60,000 bases of DNA from Lama glama. Lineage: Eukaryota. Positions within the stretch are counted from its first letter, which is position 1, and each line of letters begins with the position of its first letter. The position numbers and the translations under genes were made by a program. The DNA is taken from assembly GCA_028534125.1 (NCBI GenBank), contig CM052816.1, positions 96,474,001 to 96,534,000 of the forward strand, in the 5' to 3' direction. The notes under the pieces are model-generated. The model did no database searches, was not told the DNA's origin, and saw only the letters and a list, made by a program, of their open reading frames with translations. This document shows, piece by piece, positions 37,805 to 51,274 of this stretch.

Positions 37805-38426
37805 CCAATCACAAAAGTGGTAACACTAAAGCTTATTTTTTTCCCTAAAATTTCATGTTATTGATGCTTAAGCATGAATTATTTACTAGATCAAATTTCA
37901 TCTTCTCTGCTAAGTAACATTCATGTATGAAACCAAGAGGACTTATGAGGCTCACTAAAGGGAGACTTTTAATAAACACGGAAGCTTAAAACATGTGTTC
38001 TTGCCCATGGTGTGGAGAGGCTATGAAGTGACAATGACACTGTCTCCATGAAGGGAGACAGGAGCATGCCCAGGATCTAGTCAGTCAGATGAAACGCACA
38101 TCACAGAGTCTGGCTTTGCACAGAGACATCCTGAATGAAGACGACTCAGATCTGTGACTTAAGAGCAGAGCACCCTGGGAAGAACGGAATCAAGTATGAC
38201 ATTAGGAGCCACCATCTTTGTAGAAGTTCAAGGAAATGGGAGACCTGTGGAGACTGGGATTTCAAACAAAGCTTATAAGAAAGAAATGGAGCGTAAACTT
38301 GAAACAGGAAGATGTTTAGGATGCCCATAAAAGGAGGAGCAAAACTCAGTGGTGGTGAGGGTGAAGTGGAGAACCAATCACAAAAGTGGTAACACTAAAG
38401 CTTATTTTTTTCCCTAAAATTTCATG
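37805..38426 (+). repeat. exact 53-bp dispersed direct repeat (37805-37857 and 38374-38426)
   Basis: ccaatcacaaaagtggtaacactaaagcttatttttttccctaaaatttcatg present twice. Confidence 0.95.
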
Positions 38427-38449
38427 GCCAACATCATGGAGATATAAGT

Positions 38450-38600
38450 AATTCTTTCACATGCACTGACTCATTTCTTCTCAGCAGCCTTATGAGGCTG
38501 GGACCATCATTGCCTTTAGACACTGAGAATTTGGTTAACTACTTCTCCAAGGCCACACAGATGCTGACAGGGGCCAGACACTACATCTGTAAGGAAAAGT
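38450..38600 (-). mobile_element. MIR SINE
   Basis: actcatttcttctcagcagccttatgagg...ctccaaggccacacag. Confidence 0.65.
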
Positions 38601-40278
38601 AGTCCATGACCATCATATTAGCATCCTCTACAGTCTTCAAGGTTGAGCAAAGGTCAGGGAGTGGTGATGAGGAGGAAGAGCCTCGTGTGACTGGAATAGG
38701 CTTCACATCAACCCTGGTGAGGCCAGAGGGCAAAAAGTTGAAAGAAGAGTGACCAAAACTGATGGTAAATAATAAAATCCTATCCTAAGTTAATGACCTG
38801 CCCCTTTTTAATGCCATTCTAGTTATTACATAATGCATTTATACAGAAGGTGAGAATTCAGCTGCATTCATGACAATGCCAGTCCAGGAAAATGTTGAGA
38901 AGATAAAGCAAAAGGATGGGATTAGCTGAATGCAGGACCTGGGACAAGCGATTGAGTATTAGTGATGCAGTAAAATGGGATAATAAACCTGGTTAACTAC
39001 CTTCCTCTCAGCTCATTCAAGAGAATTAATGGTATCAAGATGAGCTAAGTATCCCATTAACTCTGTTTTTTACTAGAAAATTTCTCTTAGCAGTGAAACA
39101 GAATCACCAGTGAGAAGTGTTTCTCACCATTATTCTGCTTACACGGTTTATTTATTTTCCCCAGCTGACTCTATCTTGGGTTAAAGCTCCAAATTATTAG
39201 GGCTTTCTAAGCAAAATCTTTCTAGCAAAGTCAAAAGTGTAAAAGTGATCTTACATGGTTAGCCTTATCCCAGATTGGATTAGGAGTTAATGCTCTCAGC
39301 TTCTCATAGACAGCTCCTCCCTGGATCAAGTACAACCTGCTAAGAGTAAATCACATGATTTGACTTCACCCAGTGGGTTCCTGTGTCTCCAGTTCTATTG
39401 ACTGGAATTTGGTCTTACAGTGTAAAAAATATGGCAATTAGTACTTCATTTTTCTTCCTGATTTGTACTGCTTTCCATGTTTATTTATTTGCTTTCCAAG
39501 ATTATACTTAATAAAAGAGTGCCCTTCCTGAGTCTACCTAGATGAAATGTAGATTTGCCAGACATGAGAGCTTTGCAGATGTAGTCAGGAGGTCATGGTC
39601 ATCAGGAAATGTCGGCAGTGCTCCCTGGCGTTAAAGTAGCTTCCTCTTGATGACTGTCCTGGTTTCCTGAGACAGACTTTTCCTCATCAGAGTGGTCAGT
39701 AAGATCCTTGACTCAGGGGCTAGTCAAGATGGAAAGGTATGAAGGAAGCAGTTCAGCTGACCCTGGGCCTGCCTCCATCCCTGGAAAATATGTGAGCTAC
39801 ATTTCCAGTTCCTAGGGGATGGCATTAGGTCATGCCATCAGGCTGTGGAGCATTGACTTAATGGTACAACAAATGTCCTCTTATCACACTTCTCCTCTGT
39901 GGGCCCACAATTCTCTGGATCTTCTCCAAGTTTCCATGAAGAGCAGATGATAGCATTCAGGAACTGAAGTTTTCTCTGACCATCTGGATCCATTCTTCTC
40001 ATTCCCTCCCACAGAGCACTAACTCACTACAGGAGGGGCACCAGGACAAAGATGAATTCAGGTATCCCCCAACCAGGGCCCCTCTTTAGGATCAAAAAAA
40101 TCCTAAACTATAGTCAGAAGGTCCAAACAAATCCTTACACATATTGTCAGCATTTACAGACTCATTACCAGTGCTGAAAATGTCTAAATCCCTGAGTCCT
40201 TTAATTTCAGAGGGCCAGAGAGACCAGCATATCATGTGGTTCTGTTTTTACTATAGCAAAGCCTTTAATTGATCTTAT

Positions 40279-40760
40279 TGTAATAGGAAAAGACAAACCT
40301 GACTACGTATTGAATCTATTCCTTTAGATCTAACCCTTGTGCTCCGCCTGCGCTTAGTCATGCTGGTTCTGCACCTTTTGTAAAAGGATGATGCCTGTAG
40401 TCTGAAATACACAGATTAGCCCATTCTCAAGGCTCTGATCTTTAAAGATATAACCCTTTTCCATTCATATAGAGACAAAAAGTTGCAGAACAGATAATAA
40501 CATTTGTCTTGTTGGAGGTTTACAGGGACATTGTGATCAGACTTACATGGAAAGAACAGAGAATTCCAGCACCAACAACCAGCCACAGCCCCTCACTCTC
40601 TTTTAGTATAAAAGAAGCCTACATTCTAACTCAGGTAAGATGATTCTTTTGGACACTAGTCTACCATCTTCTCAGTCTGCTGGCTTTGCAGATACAGTGG
40701 CTATTCCTTGCCCCGTTAACTCATCTTTATACTTATTGCCTAGTCTTGGACTCAGTAACA
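40279..40760 (+). mobile_element. ERV1-class solo LTR, 482 bp, with 4-bp TSD TTAT
   Basis: TGTAAT...GTAACA termini; TTAT at 40275-40278 and 40761-40764; TATAAAA near 40607. Confidence 0.9.
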
Positions 40761-41707
40761 TTATGAGATTTGAAGAGCAAATAAAATGATAAAAAGGCAA
40801 CTAAAGTTCCTAAAGATTATCCAGAACAAAACTGAAACTCTAAATCCTGGAAACTTTGTTTGATAATAGAGTTTAAATGAACTGTTTACTCTTTTTCATA
40901 GAAAAGTAGTGAAACTGAAATGCTGATAGCTTTATATTGCTGTCTTGACCCCCTTTTAACTCATGTATGACGTTCATACATTTCTTACCTTTCAGAGTTG
41001 CTTGTAATGTGTTGTAGAAGACTACCTAACAAGGAACGTTTAAAGTTAGAGTATGACACCTGAAAGGCTGTGCATCCATGAGCAAGCCTATAATGAACCT
41101 GGCTTGTTGTCACCTGGCCCCAAGGCATCAGCCAGTATCCCACTTGTCAGCCATCATTAAAAAGTTTAAAATTACTCTTATTGAATTGCTTTTTAAGTAT
41201 TTGTTATAATATCTCTAATAGGGTAAACTATGAGAAATGGTGGTGTACTGTGACAGTTTTAATATCTCTAGAGGATTATGTAAAAGTTATCTATATTTAG
41301 ATGTAATTAATTATGTAAATAATCTAAATGTGAAAATAATTTTCTTTTCATGATATATTAAACACAGGAAAAAACAGCAAAAGGAACGAAATTAGAGTGA
41401 AATTGGGTCTATAATTCTATTTTTTTTTAAAGCTGATTAATGTTGACCATCTTTTATTCAATCACAGACATTGAGCTGACATTCACTGCATTTACATGGC
41501 CTTATTTGTAGTAATTTTAATCAATAATGAGTAAAAAATATATTAAGTTAGGATGTATTTTCAAACATTAATCTTTAGTAATCTGTCACTTCTGCAGATA
41601 ATTTTGCCTGTAGTTTTATAGTTTAAAGTAGGTATAAGTAAAAGATTAATTGAATCAACTTGAGTCTTATCTTAGTTTCAGAAGAAGGTACTATTGGTGT
41701 TAGATAC

Positions 41708-41890
41708 AAGACAAACTACGTTCCAAGGGCTGAATGAACCAAGGGCCATGCTGCTTGGTTTATACATTGTCTGTAACTGCTTTCACGCTACTATGGCAGA
41801 GTGGAGTAGTTGCAATGGATGCTGGATGTGACTCGCAGTTGAAATAGATAATATCTAGCCCTTTTCAGAAAAAGTTTGCCAAGCCATTCC
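41708..41890. mobile_element. MER58A-like hAT-Charlie element
   Basis: ctgctttcacgctactatggcagagtggagtagttgc...tatctagcccttttcagaaaaagtttgcc. Confidence 0.8.
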
Positions 41891-44800
41891 TTAGACTAAA
41901 ATTGAATTACATACAACATTGCTATCCATTACTACCACCACCACCACCATTTCAAATTAAATGAGGGCAAGGAAGAGTTCTTATTCTTCCTTGTATCTTT
42001 CTTAATAATTTGCACATATTGGAAAGTTAGTAAATGTTTCTGAGTTATTAACACATGCATCCTTATAGGCTAGGTTGATCACTAGGTCATAGAAATGAGC
42101 TATGGGGGCACTGGCTTCATGAACTCTGATGAATCAGTAGTGAACTGATGTAACTAGTGCTAGTAAGAGAGAGTGAGTGAAGGTAAAAATACCAAAAAAA
42201 AAGCAGAATAGGTCAATATTTTAGGGCCTTTGATATTTTTAGGCTAAACTATTTTCAGGAGTCCTTAATTTTTGCTTAGATTTCTTTTCTAGAACATCTA
42301 GAACATTTTTTCTAGATTTTTCCAATGCATTTAACAACAGTCTATGAATCAGTATCAGAAACGTAACTTGAGATTTTAATTAATGATTACTTTTAAAATA
42401 ATACTTTGCCCTTTTGCAGTCATCCTCACTATCCTAGATTTTTTAAGTCACAATACATTTGAAATTTGTAGTACAAGTTTATTTTTTAAAATAATATGGT
42501 TTCCACTGTATAAAACTAAAAGTGATTTAATGGCATAGGATCAACAAAGTTGTGTGTTAGGTGGGGAAGAATTTAATCAAGTTTAAAACTTTAAAGATAA
42601 TAGAAAAGTGAAATAAGAATCTGAGGAATGTCACTTTGCTGTAAAGACAAAAGTAATTTCCTGAAAAAAAAATAAGATAAAGGGTAAGATTTTCAAAATT
42701 TTTGGAATTTGCTTTTTTTGAGAGAATAAAGGTGCTCTTTTTTAGGGAGGAAAGTGATTTTGCCATAAATTGAAGTACTTGGCATTCTATATTGAAAATC
42801 ACAAATTATCTCCCTTCCTCTTAGGTGTATCTCCAGTTCCACCATGAAAAGTTTATTGCTTTGAGTATGGAAGGAGAGTTCTTCTCAAGTTACATCTCAC
42901 AGACTACTCTTAATATCCTTCACCCATTCATCATAGTCTTAATGTTAAGTTTTCTGCCTCTTCTTGGTTCTGATCAATTCATCATTTTACTAAATGACCA
43001 CTGCAATTTGTTCCACTCTAATTACCATACCTATGACTGAAACACTTTGGGAAAAGTAATTTATTATATGTATACTAGAAAGCACACAGGAAAGTACAAG
43101 AAAGACATTCAAGTTTGAAGATAGATGTGCCAGTTGTGAAAGGTCTTATGTGGACTTTGTCTTAGTTCTCCCGTGGAAACAAGATTAATATATGAGAGCC
43201 CAAATAAATTATATATTCATGTATTGCTATATATTTATATATATAAATTCAATCTCTTCAAATTGCTTATGTAGACAGATGTCTACTCACATACTGTCTT
43301 TTGGGTTTAATTTTGCACTGTTAAGATGAATTCAAGCTTATTTTGATATATTTCTTAAACACTGTCAAAGTAATTTGACAAAATCTTGAGAGTGTTATTA
43401 ATATACAAGGGCAACAGTGGTTTTTATTCCAAGATCTTGAGATGATAGAATATTCTATTCTACTAAAAAAAAAAATAGAAGCAAGTAGCTTGTAACATGT
43501 GTCTTAGGTCTGTGCTGGAGTTTAATGGGGAAGAATGAATGAACCAAGTAAGCCCTACCTCTGCATATGGCACTTATCTTGTCACTTCAAGTTGGAAGCT
43601 CTGTAATCCTTAAATTGTCCACCTTCTAGCCGAATCCATCTGGTTCCATGTGTCTGTTGTCTGAGACTCTTGAATAAAAGCTACACTTGCTAACTGGTTA
43701 TTGGCAAGCCCAAGATTTTTGTCCCTGCATCTCTGGGATAGAGTGATGAAGTGCTGGTTAGCAAAAAGGCACCTCTCTTTTGCTGAGTCATCTCAATCAA
43801 CAAGACTATCAGCAACACAGGCAGGTGTGGAAGAAAGGAAGACACAACCTGGGAACCCTGTATAATATAAGATTTAAACTTCTTTGTAAATTTCAAATAA
43901 ATTTTTGTTGTGCAGATCTAGACCCAATTCCACAGGTTGAATGAAGCATTGGTTTTGAATTTTTGAGCTTTTCAAGGTTTCTCTAAATTAACTTTTTAGA
44001 AGCCATTACTTTTCAACATTTATTCTGAGGATATTCCATCTTGAGTGGGGAGCATTTCACTGCTGACAACACACTCACTCCCCTTTTTCTCTACCACTAC
44101 CTTTACATGTTGGACTGAATGACTCAAAAACCCTGTAGATCAGTAAATGCTATTGACTTTTTTTAGAAAAGTGCCCATCTGTTCTTCAAAAAAATCACAC
44201 TTAAAACAGAGAGCATACTTTAATTCATACTCAGTATGCTCTAAATTGCTGGTTTTCATTTTAATTATCTTCAAACATTTCTAGATATATGTTCTTTATG
44301 CTGAAGCAAATTTGGGTGATTGCAAATGATTTTTTCTAATCTGTGTGACAGATGGTTAAAGTCTGGGCATATGGAAAACTGTAAACAAAACTCAAACCAT
44401 GTAAATAAAGACTCTAAGGCTTCTTCAACTAATGTAAATCTCCTTCAGATGATTCTATGACTCGTTATAAGCATATGTGTAGAACCTCTGATGTCAACAA
44501 ATGTGTAAGCCTACATATTGTGGTTCTCAAAACTGTAACCATAAAACATCTGACCATAGACAAATGGCAGGTTATTCAAAGTTACAATGATATGCCTCAC
44601 CATTGGGACTTCCTATAGTGAGTATAAGAGGCAGTACATTTTTTTGATTTTTAAATTTAGGACTTCTTTCCCTTGTACTCACTTCTGAAAAGGGTAAATC
44701 TAGTATATTTAATGATTTAAAATTCTTTATTTTGCTGCAATTTTTTCTTCCAGCTAGGATATGTGTGAATACCTTCAGCTCTAAATTCCATGTTTTGAAA

Positions 44801-45617
44801 AAGTCTAAATAAAGCATTCTAAATTCCCTCAGACTCTCAGGCACCCCCATTCTGATGGCCACACTCGCCCAGTGTTCTTGCATTTTGTCGATTGTTGGGC
44901 CTCACATTATGGTGACTCAGTCTTGAAACTCAAAACTGTTCTGAATTGAGCAAAAAGATGCTGTTTCAACAGAGAGCATTAGTATAACAGCAGACTTTAA
45001 TGAAGCTTTTGTGGGTCATTTATAGGAAGGATTTATGCCAGATACGCCACAGAAAGTACCAGTCCCATCTTAGACATTCCACTCTGCAAGGTGCCATTTT
45101 GGCCACCCTGCCACTGGGTGGCCAACCTCTCCGTCCCTTCTCTCAGCAAAGCCCTGCCCAGTATGCTGACTCGTCCGCCTGACCTCTGGGCTTCCCCCCA
45201 AGAACTTAAATTGCTGCTCCATCTTTTATCCTTTAAATCACTAATTTGCCCGCATAAACTCAACAGTGCCTTAAACAGAAAAAAACAATTTCCTTTTAAA
45301 TATGCTTAACTTCATTCAAGGGCAATTGAGATAACAGATTTTTGTTTACTTTCTCTGATTACCCTCAGATGTCTAATCAACAAGATGACACAGTAATTTA
45401 TGCCATGCCCCCCAGTTACAGAGACAGAGACAAATCCACAGTTATGGTTGGAGACTTGGCGGCCCAGTCCCCAGTACTTGATAGAACAGATAGACAGAAA
45501 ATCAGCAAGTACAGAGAAGACTTAAAGTGAAACAAACTTGTTCTGATTGACATTTCTAGAACACTCCACACAACATCAGAATACACAGTCTTAGTGAACA
45601 CAGAACATTTTCCAACA

Positions 45618-45923
45618 CAGCCATCACTTGGTACCCATGGGTGCTCAAGTCCCTTATGTAAAATGCTGGAATGTTTGCATATAGCCTATGCACATGCTCC
45701 TGTATACTTTAAATCATGTCTAGAGTATGTATCACACCTAATACAATATGTATGTGCTGCAAATAGTTGTAAATACAATATAAATGCTGTGTAAATTGTT
45801 GCCAGCATGTGGCAAATTCAAGTTTTGCTTTTTGAAATTTCTAGGATATTTTTTCTGAATATTTTCAATCTGAAGTTGGTTGAATCAGCAGATGGAGACT
45901 CTTTAGACACAGAAGGCAAACTG
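45618..45923 (+). mobile_element. MER2/MER2B Tigger-family MITE nested in L1
   Basis: tgctcaagtcccttatgtaaaatg...gtatactttaaatcatgtctaga...ggcaaattcaagttttgcttttt...gaaggcaaactg followed by TA. Confidence 0.88.
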
Positions 45924-46307
45924 TATGGATCCTATTGTGAGCCATATTACCAAGCATCAATAAATTTCTAAGAATTTCAATGATTCAAAATATGTTTTAT
46001 GACTCAAATGAAATTAAGTTGTAAAATACTAACAGAAAGATATCTGAGAAGTATCCCCAAACATTTTGAAACTAAACAATATGTTTTTGAATAATACATC
46101 AGGCAAAAAGGAATTAGAAGGAAAATCACCGATTTTGTCTGTGAAAGAAAATTAAAATACAACATATAGAACTTGTGAGATATAGCTAAAGTAGGGAATT
46201 TTATACTAATAAACTTTATTAAAAAGGGTATAAAACCTATGAACTCAGATTTTACTTTAAGAAACTAGAAAAATAATATCAAGTCAAACTCAAGTAAGCA
46301 GAAAACA

Positions 46308-46405
46308 TAATAAAGCTAAAAATAGCAAATAATGAAATAGATAATAGCAAAAAAAATAATAAAGCTAAAAAGGGGAAATAATGAAATAGATAATAGCAAA
46401 AAAAA
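46308..46405 (+). repeat. 49-bp tandem duplication within L1
   Basis: taataaagctaaaaa(tagc/gggg)aaataatgaaatagataatagcaaaaaaaa twice. Confidence 0.9.
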
Positions 46406-48203
46406 TGAGTTTTCAACAAAATAAAAATCTGGTCCTTTAAGAAGATCAATAAAATGATAAACTTCTAGCCAGACAGAGTAGGGAAAAAAGAGAAGATAAA
46501 AATTATCAAAACACTCAATAAGGAGAGGACATCACTATAAAGTTTTTAAATATTAAAAGAATAATAAGGGAATATTATGATTAATTTTGTGACAATAAAT
46601 TTGATAACTTAGATAAAATTGAACAATTACATAAAATAAATAAATGACCAAACCTATTCAAGAATAAAAAAGTTGACTAGAACTCTATCAAAAGAATTGA
46701 ACTGATAGTTAAAATCTTTCCCATAAAGTAAACAGCAGACCCAGATGGCTTCAATGAGAATTCTGAGAAACACCGAATGAAGAAATAAAACCAAATCTGT
46801 ATGAACTGTTCCAGAAAATTGAAAAAGGGGAATAATTATCAACTCATTATATGAAGCCTAATATACTGATATCAAAACCAAAAAAGAAATTACATGAAAA
46901 CTACTAACCAATGAACATAGAGGCAAATATTCCAAACAAAATTTCTGTAAATCAAATATAAATATACATATATATAAAAGCATATTTATGAAGTTATTTT
47001 TGTGTATTTCTATATTTTTATTTCTATATTTTATAAAATATATAAAGAATACCACATCCAAATGATATTGAGGAAGAAGCAGGCAGAGCAGAATTAGTAT
47101 CTAAGCCCCCTCTTTGCACTTCTCTATTCTGTACTCTTGCCTTGGCATTTTATATTTGCTAGGAACCCCTAAAATGTTTCACCAGTCCCATGCATTCTAC
47201 ACATGAAAAAGTGAACCTCAAAGGGTTGAGTGATTTGCTGATTGCAACAATCAATTAGTTGAAAAGCCTACAGCTTTTCCAAAAATATCAATCCCTAATG
47301 GCAGGTGAACCCTTTCTGTCTTGTCCCCTTAGACTGATTGGCTACCTTTTGCACTCAGAAGTGAGATGTTAGTCCTCGGCTCTCAAATAACAGCCATTAG
47401 TCTTGTTCCCATAGTTTTCTATCCTGCCTTTACTAGACCATGTGTGTCCAGGAACTGCTCAACTTCTGGTCCTTTCAGCCTTGTCCTTTCAACTTGAGTT
47501 CCTTTCCTGACAGTTTTCTACATCTCATCTTTGTTTTATTCCTTGTGTATTATGTGTTGTTGGGGTGGGGCAGGGACAGATAAATACTAGTGACTATAGT
47601 TATACTTCCACAAATTGCCTGTAGTTAGGGATTTTAGTAGGGACCATGAGCTAGTTCTTGAGCTGACTCCCCTTACTCGAACTCAGAATAATATTAAGAA
47701 ATAAAATGTAATAATAATACAGTCCAATAGAAAAAATACTGAAGTTATTTGATTTATGCTTAAAAAATAATGAAGGACTTCCTAGATAAAAATAGTGTTT
47801 TAAACACTAATGTGTAAATGATATTTGGTGGAGCTGGGGGTTACTTCCACAGCACAATGCAAGTTGATGAAATTCAAGGATATTTCCAAATTAGAGTCTC
47901 ATAAATGTTTTTTCATGCTTTTTTTTTAAATGTTAGGTCTGGAGGTTTTAACCAACCAACACAATAATTTTACAAATAGCAAAGACAGTAAGATGTTTCT
48001 GAATCTCATTTATTCCATAATGTTTTTGAGATAGAACTAGTCTGTTTGGGAAATATACTACCTAAACACCTATGTGAGATAGAAATGGCCCCAGAAGGTC
48101 ACTGTGTGATAGAACTGCTTCACTAACCACAAACTTCTTTTTTAAAATTTTAAACTAACCCATAACGTTACTTGTCGAAACAATTGAATGTAAGTGAAAA
48201 TGT

Positions 48204-48204
<1 letters not shown>

Positions 48205-48235
<31 letters not shown>

Positions 48236-48272
48236 CATATGTGTGTATATATACATATATATATATATATAT
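48205..48272. repeat. compound (TG)n(TA)n microsatellite
   Basis: Direct observation. Confidence 0.95.
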
Positions 48273-48929
48273 AATCTTTGTTCATAGATTCATGGATACA
48301 TACACAGAATATACATTTTTGCCACTGTAAAGTGGACGACCTAAAGTGTGAAATTTAGTATAGCTTCTTTATATATTCCTTAACTAAAAGGTATTGGCAA
48401 ATGTTATCATGTTTAGAAGGTTTGTTCATTGACATCATGTTAAAGAATATTAAGCATTATCAAGATAGTAATGCACTATATTCCTAAAATTGAGGGTTTT
48501 CAGTCACAAAAAAATATGAAGATATCCTTTTTTGCTTCTTTCAGGAGGAGAAAAGGAAGCAGGCCATCTGACGGACATCTCTGTCAGGAGCCTCGGGTTA
48601 ACTGGAGAGGATGTCATCCTCAAATATTTGTAATTCTTTTGTCTTCTTTCAGAAGAGCTAGAAATGGGAGCATTTCCCTATCCTTTCTTTCACTAGAACT
48701 CACACTCCTTAGTATCCTAGTGCAAGTCCCTGAATGCAGAAATCTTTTTCTAGATTATTCTCTGTCTTTTCATCCTGTCAAGGCTTTAGGATTCCTATTT
48801 TTGGCAAATTAAGTTGAATATTCTATTTCACAATTAATATTGTTTTATTTTATTTTTATCTTAAATACAGGGATACCCTTTATTCATCTCTAAAGAAATT
48901 CTTTCCTGTGAGCTCAGTAAGTTAGGGAC

Positions 48930-49215
48930 TTTGATCTCTTTTCTGTCTTTACGCAAACCTGTCTTGACAATCTCTCTCCATTGAATCCCTCAATAAAGAA
49001 TTTAAACATGCTCAAGTATTTGTCATCTTAAAAAGAGCAGAAAGTAAAATCAACACCTTCCTTTGGTTCCATGTTTGCTAGAAATTGTGGCTTTATACCT
49101 CTTCTTAGCTTCACAGCTAAAATCTTGAATTAGCTCTGCTCACTATCTTTATTTTCCCTTTCTCATCAATCCTTCAAACTACTGGTTCTCATGCAATTCT
49201 ATTGAAATATCCTTC
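48930..49215 (+). mobile_element. L2 fragment
   Basis: tttaaacatgctcaagtatttgtcatcttaaaaa...cttcacagctaaaatcttgaa. Confidence 0.65.
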
Positions 49216-49654
49216 ATTAGCCTTTGCTCTCTCTCATTCCCCATCTTTGCAAATGTTCACCAGCACTGGATACTCATCGCTCAATAATTTCACCCATCCG
49301 GATAATGAATGATAAACTTAGAGAGAAGAAGGCTCAGTGATTTGCTTATAAAATGTGTCTCCTAGAAAATACTTCTGAGCTTTCTCCCAACACAAATAAT
49401 CACTTTCTGTAAAAGAAAGACATAATATTTTAAAAATGTAAATAAAAGTTATATTTTATGAGAATTAAACATGTTCAAAGTATAGGAGAGATTAAGCTTC
49501 TAAAACAGAATTTAGTTATTTTATTGTTCAGGTATGTGCTTTATACTCCATTACTGATGAGCGAATTGATTTAAATTAAGATATGGGACAGAGAAAGAGC
49601 GGCTGAAGGAACCTGTGATACAAACGGATTCATTAGGTTTTTTAAGAATATATT

Positions 49655-50202
49655 TTAGAGAGGTTTCAGTTACTCTAACTGCAAAACAAATGAACACTCA
49701 CTGGCACATAGCTGCCATTTTTTATGTTCACAGATTCTACAGATCAGGAATTTGGACAGGGCAGAAAGGGACAGGCTCATTTCTTCTGAATTTGCAGTGA
49801 GTAGGACAGCTTTAAACCTGGGGACAGGAATGATCTGAAGGTTTGCTCACACATGTCAGAGCCTTGAGCTAAGATTCAAACATCTGCACACTGATAAGCC
49901 TGGGGCAGTTCTCTTTCTGTGTGTCCTTTTCACGACGTCTCCGTGACTCCTCTCCAGCATGGTGGCTCTACAGTAGCAGGCAGATTTCTTACAAGTTGGC
50001 TGATGGTTTCTAAGGCACATATCTGAAGAGAGTGCCAGGCAAAAATAGTATCACTTTTTCTAACGTTGTCTCAGAAGTAATAAAATTTTAATTTTACTCC
50101 CTTTTTTCATTTCAAATGTTCACATTCAAGGGGAGAGAAATTTACACCCTTCCATTTGTGGAAGGAGCCTTGAAGACTTTACAGGGAGTCTAAGACTGTC
50201 AC
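49655..50202 (-). mobile_element. MLT1 (MLT1E/F-like) LTR
   Basis: gttcacagattctacagatcaggaatttggacagggcag...tctccagcatggtggctc...attcaaggggagagaaattt. Confidence 0.8.
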
Positions 50203-51274
50203 ACAGAAAAGCCACGGAAATTCCAAGCCAGTGGCCTTCCTGGGAAGAAGAACAAGGAGCAAGATGTCCAACGAGAAAGCATCAAATGTTATGTATTTAA
50301 ACCAGTATTTCTCAGAAGATCAGTTTGGACACAAAAGGATGTTCTAATAAGAATCCTATAATGGCAATGATAACAATAGTGGGGCAATGGCATAGCATCT
50401 CCATGTCTTGTCTATTTTTGAGCACCAATACATCAATTCAGGAGAGAATTTTCTCAGATGCAATTAATAGCTGCCATAAAAAATATTCCAAATTATTTTC
50501 TGAATAGTCACTGAACATAATGGTACACTGAAGTATTTAAATCTAACAGAAAGCAGGAAGTTTTCTCCTACACTTTGTTAAATGTCAGAAAAATACATTT
50601 ACTTCTGAGCATGGATAAAGACTAAAGTCCTAATTAATTAAAGGAACTTAGCTATAGCTATGATTTTATTATGCTTCCCTTTGAGTTGTTATAATGGAAA
50701 GGTCATTTTTGCTAACAACAATAACAAAAATACCCAAATTGCAATGAAAGTAAAATTAAAGTTAAAATTAACATCTCATGTAATGAAAAATGGGATTTTC
50801 ATGGTTTAGCCAGCGATTGCCCATGAATCACAGTGGCACAACAACCTGTAAAAGTTGTGGTGGAAACCATAACCACAATCACGGAACACCACCAGTGACA
50901 ACGGAGAACGCTACCATCGCAAAGAAGCTAACGTCTTAGAAACGTCTGTAAGTAAGAGTTCTCTTGCCCATGAGTTAAATATAAACACTCTCCAGACAGA
51001 ACCAATACAGATGTAAAGCCAGCCAATTAGTAGCTGCTAATATTGTCAATATTAACTTTGCACACCTACTGTAGGACAGAATCCAAAGTTCAAGTAATAC
51101 ATAAAATCATACTATTTCAAATAATGTCAGTGAAAAAGTGAGAAAAATATATACAATAAATTGTTAAATATTGAAATTAATTCCATATGGCTTGGGTCTT
51201 CTTATATATGTTTTAAGTCCATTAAATTAATAAATAGAATAAAACTAGTTTTGGAAAATAAAGTCTTGCTGTTT

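Larger units (their letters stand above)
45418..47065 (+). mobile_element. old L1 ORF2 fragment (endonuclease to pre-RT), interrupted by MER2B
   Basis: ORF 45342-45530 includes DKSTVMVGDLAAQSPVLDRTDRQKISKYREDL (L1 EN VGDFN region). Also aagatcaataaaatgataaacttctagccag and acccagatggcttcaatgagaatt. Confidence 0.88.

Noticed and set aside
39560..40250. Possible very old LTR/MLT remnant
   Set aside because: Only a short motif resemblance (ctacatttccagttcc); boundaries and family could not be supported
44210..44242. 10-bp inverted repeat agagcatact/agtatgctct
   Set aside because: Short, isolated and plausible by chance; no supporting context
48525..48660. Two strong splice-acceptor-like tracts (cttctttcag)
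   Set aside because: No convincing downstream donor or recognisable coding frame
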